This document shows, in pieces, positions 56,356 through 64,000 of a DNA stretch of 64,000 nucleotides. Origin of the DNA: Eledone cirrhosa (lineage: Eukaryota); the NCBI GenBank assembly GCA_964016885.1, contig OZ024756.1, positions 33,232,001 through 33,296,000 on the forward strand. The letters are read 5' to 3'. Under the pieces are notes generated by a model. It worked only from the letters and a program-made list of their open reading frames with translations. It did no database searches and had not been told where the DNA came from. The position numbers and the translations under genes were made by a program. Numbering within the stretch: position 1 is the stretch's first letter; each line of letters begins with the position of its first letter.

Positions 56356-56503
56356 GGTGATGAGTTACCTGAAAATGTTGAATTGGATGGAACATCTCTG
56401 TTGATAAGTTCAGTCACAGATGAGGATGCTGGCCAATATGAATGTACTGCAGATAATGGAGTTGGGAACCCTGTAAACGATTTTATCAACGTAGCTGTAC
56501 ATT
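56356..56503 (+). CDS. Same Ig gene, exon completing Ig domain 2; gene continues beyond the window
   Basis: tacAG acceptor, GTAAGT donor; 148 nt, phase 0/1; [49 protein letters not shown]. The DAGxYxCxAxNGVG motif is typical of lachesin/amalgam/IgLON Ig2. Confidence 0.93.
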
Positions 56504-56542
56504 GTAAGTAAAGAAATTTATAGCTTCTGTTCTTGTATATAA

Positions 56543-56576
<34 letters not shown>

Positions 56577-56583
56577 GTATATA

Positions 56584-57056
<473 letters not shown>

Positions 57057-57160
57057 ATATATATATATTAATAAATATTTGCTCTACGGTGCTTATATAT
57101 TTGATATATATTTATCCTTATCGAGCTCTTCAAGTTTATTATTATTACTATATATATATG

Positions 57161-57236
<76 letters not shown>

Positions 57237-57394
57237 TGACATATGTTATATGATCATATATATAAATATTACATGCCTAATAATACTTAAGTGTTTGTAA
57301 GAGCACTTAAGAGCCTTAATCATGAAATATCTGGCCCTTGAGTCTCATGTACAATTATAATAAAATATACATTTACACACTCACACTTATATGC

Positions 57395-57469
<75 letters not shown>

Positions 57470-57834
57470 CATGTGTGTGTGTGATGGCTGCCTCCTCTCA
57501 ACGAGTATGGCCATAGAACGATATAACATTATTAATAATTATCAATTAATGGTATCGTGCAATACACACACACACACACACATTTATATATACATGTATA
57601 TGTATATATATGCATATATATGTACAACAAGTTTTATATAGAAATGACTTCTAGAGGACCAGAAGTGGTGAAGACAGTCTTTTTTGAAAGATCTCTTTTC
57701 TATGAAATAGTTCTAATACTGTAGAAATCATTTCAATATGAAACGGATTATTTACACTTTACTAACGTATACCTTACTAATTCTGGTTACCCCAGATTGA
57801 ACCCGGGCCTCACATATATATAAAGACATCTCTT

Positions 57835-57874
<40 letters not shown>

Positions 57875-57875
<1 letters not shown>

Positions 57876-57987
57876 ATAATTGTTTCTACATTTGGCACAA
57901 GGCCAGCAATTACTCCAGTGTATTACTGGTACTTTATTTTATCGACCCCGTAACGATGAAAGGCAAAGTTAACCTCGGCGGGATTTA
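57875..57987 (-). mobile_element. SINE, 5'-truncated, between TA tracts
   Basis: Family body only. Confidence 0.8.
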
Positions 57988-58083
57988 TATATAGTAATAA
58001 TATGCATTCAGAAGATCCCGTTAAGGGTGAAAGCAGCTATTCTTTGCTTAAACTTTAATCTGTTATTTTAATAAATATATATG

Positions 58084-58160
<77 letters not shown>

Positions 58161-58186
58161 CTAACCCATAAGATAAGGTGAATAAG

Positions 58187-58237
<51 letters not shown>

Positions 58238-58370
58238 CAGAGGTTGTATTTAATTTATTGGGATTAAAAAAGCTTAAAAATGTTTATAACTGATATAAAG
58301 CACTCAACAATTTAGTGGAGTAAATATTCAATATATTAATAAATGGAAACTATATTTATAAAACCATAAT

Positions 58371-58436
58371 TATTTTATTATATATATTTCAAGGGCAACC
58401 AAGGCATATTTTGGTGCTCTTTCATCAGATAACATA
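58371..58436 (-). ncRNA. Hammerhead (family F), dispersed copy
   Basis: UAUGUUAU-CUGAUGA-AAGAGCACCAAAAUAUGCCUUGGUUGCCCUU-GAAA-UAUAUAU-A-AUAAAAUA; helix II changes GUACC/GGUAC to GCACC/GGUUGC and stays paired. Confidence 0.65.
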
Positions 58437-58578
58437 CACATTTGTTTTATAAACAAATATTGATATTATATATATATATATATATTTATACAAACACACT
58501 CAGATTTACTTGCATAAGTAAGTATATGTAGCACTTACGTATATATGTATATATATATAGCGATGATATACTTGTATG

Positions 58579-58622
<44 letters not shown>

Positions 58623-59030
58623 CAATGCATTCAAGTATTCTATGTTTGATTCCGTGTGTCTGTGATGTATTATTGGATGTGATGTTGAACAATGATCTTA
58701 AAGGGCAAGCAGCCGAGCTGCAGCTGATATTACTATGTGCAACTGTATCCGGTGAGCGTGATCTTAATGTCACTCGGTAGATATTCACCGTGGTCGATTC
58801 AGAAAACCTCCTTGCTTGATGTCAACGTGATATCACTTCTATCTTCTATCTTCATTGGTATTTCTTTTTATATAAATTTCTATTTATTATTTTTAGTTGA
58901 ACAACAACGATATGGTATGTTATATCTTTGAGATATCGTTGGAATGTTTGGATCGCTTCAAACCATTCCTAATGATTTCCCATGACAACAGGATATTATG
59001 GTGCCAATACCTTTGATCTTCGTTTTAAAG

Positions 59031-59105
<75 letters not shown>

Positions 59106-59616
59106 TATATGCCCCTTTAAAAATATATATATATATATATATATATATGCCCCTTTAAAATATATATATATATATATAAGAGAGGGAGAGAGAGAGAGAG
59201 AGAGGGGGGGGGATCAACTCATCATTCATGTGTCAGTGTTCGTTCTTATAAATGACATTTAGTAAGTATAACCCTTACATTTGTTGTCGTTTGAGATTAT
59301 TTAAAAATACTGTACTTTATCTTGTTTTCATATGCATTCTATTGGTACGTTTACGTCTATCTCATATGTTGTTTTTATTTTGTTGAAACAAGGCTTGTTT
59401 CGGAATGGTAGGAATTGATCCACGTATCTAACTACATATATGGATTGATATATATTTATATAATTGAGTAAATGTTTATGTGCATACAAATATATACACA
59501 GGCGCCTGAATATTCACAGAGATCTCTAAATAATCATATACACAAATCCACACACGAACGCAAATACATATATACGCAATCACATGCATATTATGTACAT
59601 ACATATATATATACAT

Positions 59617-59709
<93 letters not shown>

Positions 59710-59788
59710 GTAAACAGAAATAACAACACAATCGGTACAGTATATGGAAAGTATATATTAGGTTAACGCTTGATATAGCAGGAAGAGG

Positions 59789-59828
59789 GTCTTTAACGTT
59801 TCGGACGCTAGTCCTTCATCAGAAGAAA
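59789..59828 (-). ncRNA. Minimal type I hammerhead (family K)
   Basis: UCUU-CUGAUGA-A-GGAC uagc GUCC-GAAACGUU-A-AAGA; helix I UCUU/AAGA; palindromic AACGUU helix III as in Penelope-type minimal hammerheads. Confidence 0.8.
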
Positions 59829-60543
59829 GAATGAGAAATAAAATAGATTGAGGGGACGGGCGGGATGGTATTGGAAAACAGGTCTTTAGATAAAAATAAC
59901 AGGTCCATTCATATATATATATATATAATACATATATATATACATAAGGGTTGTACGTGCGAAACTAATGAAGAATTGATATGCTAAGGAAACTTCATTA
60001 TGTGCACCGGTGCCAATAGCCGCATATGGGAATCCGTTTGAAGAACAAATCCCATTCTCTTGCTATCAATGAATTTACATATGAATACTATCAACTTATA
60101 CATAATAAACCTTGCTTGAAATCGGTAAATATCATCCATGGTCGGAAAAAGTAAACAACCCATGTTAACTTGCATACTAAATTAGTTTCACCCACTCTGT
60201 GAGTTCGTCTATATTCAATCAGAATTTGTAGCGATACTCATTTATAGTGATTTGCCTATATCGACTTTCATACTTTATTGCAATCTACATGCGTTGTTTG
60301 TTGGCAAGCCCCATTTATATATGCAGTAATGCCCATCCATAGATGTTGTAAAAGTTGCAAAACCCCATTCATAGGTTTCTTCAATAGACATTCTTCCATT
60401 TAATGTTTGCCATTCACTATCACAATATACTAAATTAACTATAGTAAACAGTACAAAACATAAATTTTGTGTTTCCTTTTTCTATATATATATATATATA
60501 TTTATTTACATACACACACATACACACGCATTCATACACGCAT

Positions 60544-60589
<46 letters not shown>

Positions 60590-60620
60590 TTTTATTTATA
60601 TATACATATATGTAAATATA

Positions 60621-60673
<53 letters not shown>

Positions 60674-61056
60674 ATAACCTATATATATATATATGTATGT
60701 ATGTATTTTTCTAAGGTAGGACGTATGAGACTTAAAGGTCAAATTAGAAACACAAATGTGTCTCACAAAATGGTGCATATATTATTTGTATTGAAAGTTC
60801 AACGAGCCTTTTTTCTATAATGGGTGTTTTAAAAAAGAGACATTTCTGATATACGAATTCAATGCGTTATCTTCTCCACGAAAAACCTATTTTTTGAAAC
60901 TTATCTCACGTACCAAAATATATATAATTTATTATAGAACAGTTAAACAAAACGAAGCAACAGTATAACCGCTTCTGTATAGTGATAGACAATGTTGATA
61001 AAAAATAATGTACGCATGCAGATAAAACCAACCTCATGGGGGATTTCTTATAGTAC

Positions 61057-61127
<71 letters not shown>

Positions 61128-61456
61128 GTTGGAGAGAGAGAGAGAGAGTGAGAGAATGTGCCTGTGTGTGGGTAGGAACATAGCTTAGGTTTCAGAGGAT
61201 TGGGCTTGAAATCGTGTGGTTGTGAGATCTATTCTCGGACAAGGTGATGTGTTGCGTTCGAGATATTGGTTCCCTTTATTAAGAAAAAATGAGTTGCAAC
61301 ATCACTGGTGCCAAGTTTCCATTCGGCAACATTGGTAGCGTGGGTAGACAGGGCTTCCATAAACAACCCTGCCTTGATACGTGCTTCGGAGTGGGAACTA
61401 TCTATACGCAAATCGTATGATAATTCGTGAACGAAGCGGGTAATTACCCTATATAA

Positions 61457-61536
<80 letters not shown>

Positions 61537-61630
61537 TAGTACACTGGAAGGTAATATCCGTAGTGGTAGAGCACCCAGTCCATCGGACGAGTTAGGTAGA
61601 AGTGGTAACACAACAGTTAGTTCACCATAC

Positions 61631-61668
61631 CGAGAACAATTGTTTCACTTTAGCGGATCTTCAGCTCG
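61631..61668 (-). ncRNA. Minimal hammerhead (family C), third copy
   Basis: CGAG-CUGAAGA-UCCGCUAAAGU-GAAACAAUUGUU-CUCG; N7 differs from 27086 (A vs G); one helix II mismatch. Confidence 0.6.
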
Positions 61669-61916
61669 TACGAGAACAAACAATTGTTCTCGGTATGGTG
61701 AACTAACTGTTGTGTTACCACTTATATATATATATATAGGAACAAGTTTAACCCCGACGGCAGTGCTCTGGTGCGTTATGGTCCATCTGGTTCCTTACCA
61801 CACCTCCTTCGTTATATATATATATATATATCATGATAAATTAACGAAGCCATAGACTCTCGGTATTCCCTGTCAGTAATGTGCTCAAAGGATAAGGAAT
61901 CCCGAGCTCTTTATAA

Positions 61917-62180
61917 TACAATATGTTGAAAAGGTAACACACTAGAGAGATAGAGAGAGAGATAGTGCGCCATCAATCAAACAGGGAAAAACCACCAGTG
62001 TCTGGAATCTATAACCCATGGAACGCAGAGTAGACACACGATAATTAAAAGTATAAATTAAAGTGTAAATACATACCTCGATAACTATCTTCCATGGGTT
62101 ATATATTCCATACACTGGTTGTTTTTCCCTGTTTGATTGATGGCGCACTATCTCTCTCTAGTGTGTTACCTTTTCAACAT

Positions 62181-62187
<7 letters not shown>
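61917..62187. repeat. Fold-back palindrome (family H), no recognisable ribozyme
   Basis: ~100 bp inverted arms, ~70 bp spacer, right end at (TA)n. Confidence 0.7.
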
Positions 62188-62256
<69 letters not shown>

Positions 62257-62317
62257 TGAAATCGAAAATGCAACTGAAGTCTTATTTTTTTTTTAAATAT
62301 ATATATTTATTTGGTTC

Positions 62318-62353
62318 CTTTACCGGTTTCGCAGTTCTTCTGCTTTTCAAAAG
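62318..62353 (-). ncRNA. Minimal hammerhead with U3-A8 core variant (family I)
   Basis: CUU-UUGAAAA-GCAG aagaa CUGC-GAA-ACCGGU-A-AAG. Confidence 0.6.
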
Positions 62354-62427
62354 TAGAGTTGAGATGGAGGGTCTGTGGTTTTTCTCACATCTGTGAGAAA
62401 AACCACAGACCCTCCATCTCAACTCTA

Positions 62428-62463
62428 CTTTTGAAAAGCAGAAGAACTGCGAAATCGGTAAAG
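62428..62463 (+). ncRNA. Mirror copy of U3-A8 hammerhead (family I)
   Basis: CUU-UUGAAAA-GCAGAAGAACUGC-GAAAUCGGUA-AAG; one C>U change versus the left arm. Confidence 0.55.
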
Positions 62464-62596
62464 GAACCAAATAAATATATATATTTAAAAAAAAAATAAG
62501 ACTTCAGTTGCATTTTCGATTTCATCTCTTTTTCTTTATACTTTCACTCGTGTAGGACACCTCGGTTATTTTTCATTTTGTAAAAAAAAACCTCAC

Positions 62597-62628
<32 letters not shown>

Positions 62629-62718
62629 TAATATACATATATATATATTTATTAAAATAACAGATTAAAGTTTAAGCAAAGAATCGCTTCAAGTTTATTA
62701 TTATTACTATATACATAC

Positions 62719-62818
<100 letters not shown>

Positions 62819-64000
62819 GATTAGAAATAGCACGGAATATATATTTCATGGTCTGTTTTTCTTTTTTTTTTTTGCTTTCCCTATATGTGTGTGTGCGTGT
62901 GTGTGTGTGTGTGTGTGCGTAAATTTTCATATTTTTTATTCATATAGAAGTCTATTGTCCAATGTGCCTGCTTCTAATATAAGGCGACTGGTAGTGATTC
63001 GATGGAAATTGCTGCTATTTATTAGAAGTCGCAGTACGGTTGTGTGCGTGAGGTAATGTATGTTTTATTTATGGATGGAGTAACACCAGGGAGGGGTTAG
63101 GTAAGACAGGAATGTTTCAGTTACTTATATAGAAATGCTAACATTAGCTGTTTTATACTTACAACATCATAATTTTTCCTGTCGAAGATTATCTTGTGAC
63201 TAATGCTTCTATCTGATTTGCATTTTTCACAATTTTTTTCTTTCTTTTAACACGGTGATACTCCATATGGAATCTGAAATGAAATAATTTTTATAACATG
63301 AATAGGAATTTTGAATAAACAATGAATGGCTATTGCAGCAAATAATATAACATTTATGCAATGGACACAAAGGAAATATTGTACCTTGACTAAATATGAT
63401 GAACACCTAAAGTCTGCATCAGTTTTTCAGTTCTTGTCTCGCAAATGACTTATTAACCTGCTTCACTGAATGAAACACTATAGTTGATTAGAAACAATAT
63501 GTGATATGCCATTCTGAATGCTTTTATAAAGCAAGTCAACGTTATATCCTATGTTTTTTTTATTCTGAAATAAGAATCCTATATCATAAAATATTATCTA
63601 GAAGTGAAAGTAATTGCTTTGTTTTATTTTTCTTACATTTTCACTGCTATAGCTTTGTTTAGGATATATATGTGTATGTGGAGGTGTGTATGTGTATATG
63701 GGAGGGTGAGTGTTTTTTTTATTTATACTTGTAGATTCTACATGTTCGACGAACATGACATTCTGCTAATTTAGGATGTCATACCATGAGTTGGCCTTCA
63801 CTCTCTTCTACTTAATTCTCTCTATGCTATTCCACGATTTGCTTGTGTTTAGTAAATCCCATTCACATCATTCTGTAAAATGGTTTTGAATTTAGCCATG
63901 GCTTTTTTGTACACCCGATCCTGTCTCTTTTACGATAAGAAGAGAAATGCAAACGTTGGATGAAGAGCTGTGGGTGTGTCGTTCAATCTGAGCAATCGCA

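Larger units (their letters stand above)
62251..62531. mobile_element. Family I near-perfect fold-back element
   Basis: ~138 bp arms centred at ctcacatctgtgag (~62390), nearly no mismatches. Confidence 0.75.

Overview
AT-rich animal genomic DNA, saturated with (TA)n/(CA)n/(GA)n microsatellites and tRNA-derived SINEs. The repeat content resembles an octopus/coleoid cephalopod genome (inference). Almost all ORFs in the supplied track are microsatellite artefacts. One spliced protein-coding gene is present on the + strand: four phase-compatible GT-AG exons (45393-45464, 49937-50134, 51180-51301, 56356-56503) encode two Ig domains of a lachesin/amalgam/IgLON-like cell-adhesion protein. A candidate signal-peptide exon lies at 5528-5569, and the gene continues beyond the window. 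The rest holds about 20 copies of one SINE family, CORE-type SINE remnants, two non-autonomous Helitron-like elements, and CRE-like and RTE-like LINE 3' fragments. The most striking signal is a set of roughly 8-10 sequence-distinct short element families whose 3' ends abut (TA)n or (CA)n tracts. Many form fold-back palindromes, and most contain a type I hammerhead ribozyme fold. These include minimal dimer-type forms and core variants (U3-A8 'UUGAAAA', U4A 'CAGAAGA', U10.1-U11.1). This fits Penelope-like-element/retrozyme-type non-autonomous elements. Structures were read by eye, none was tested, and repeat boundaries are approximate.
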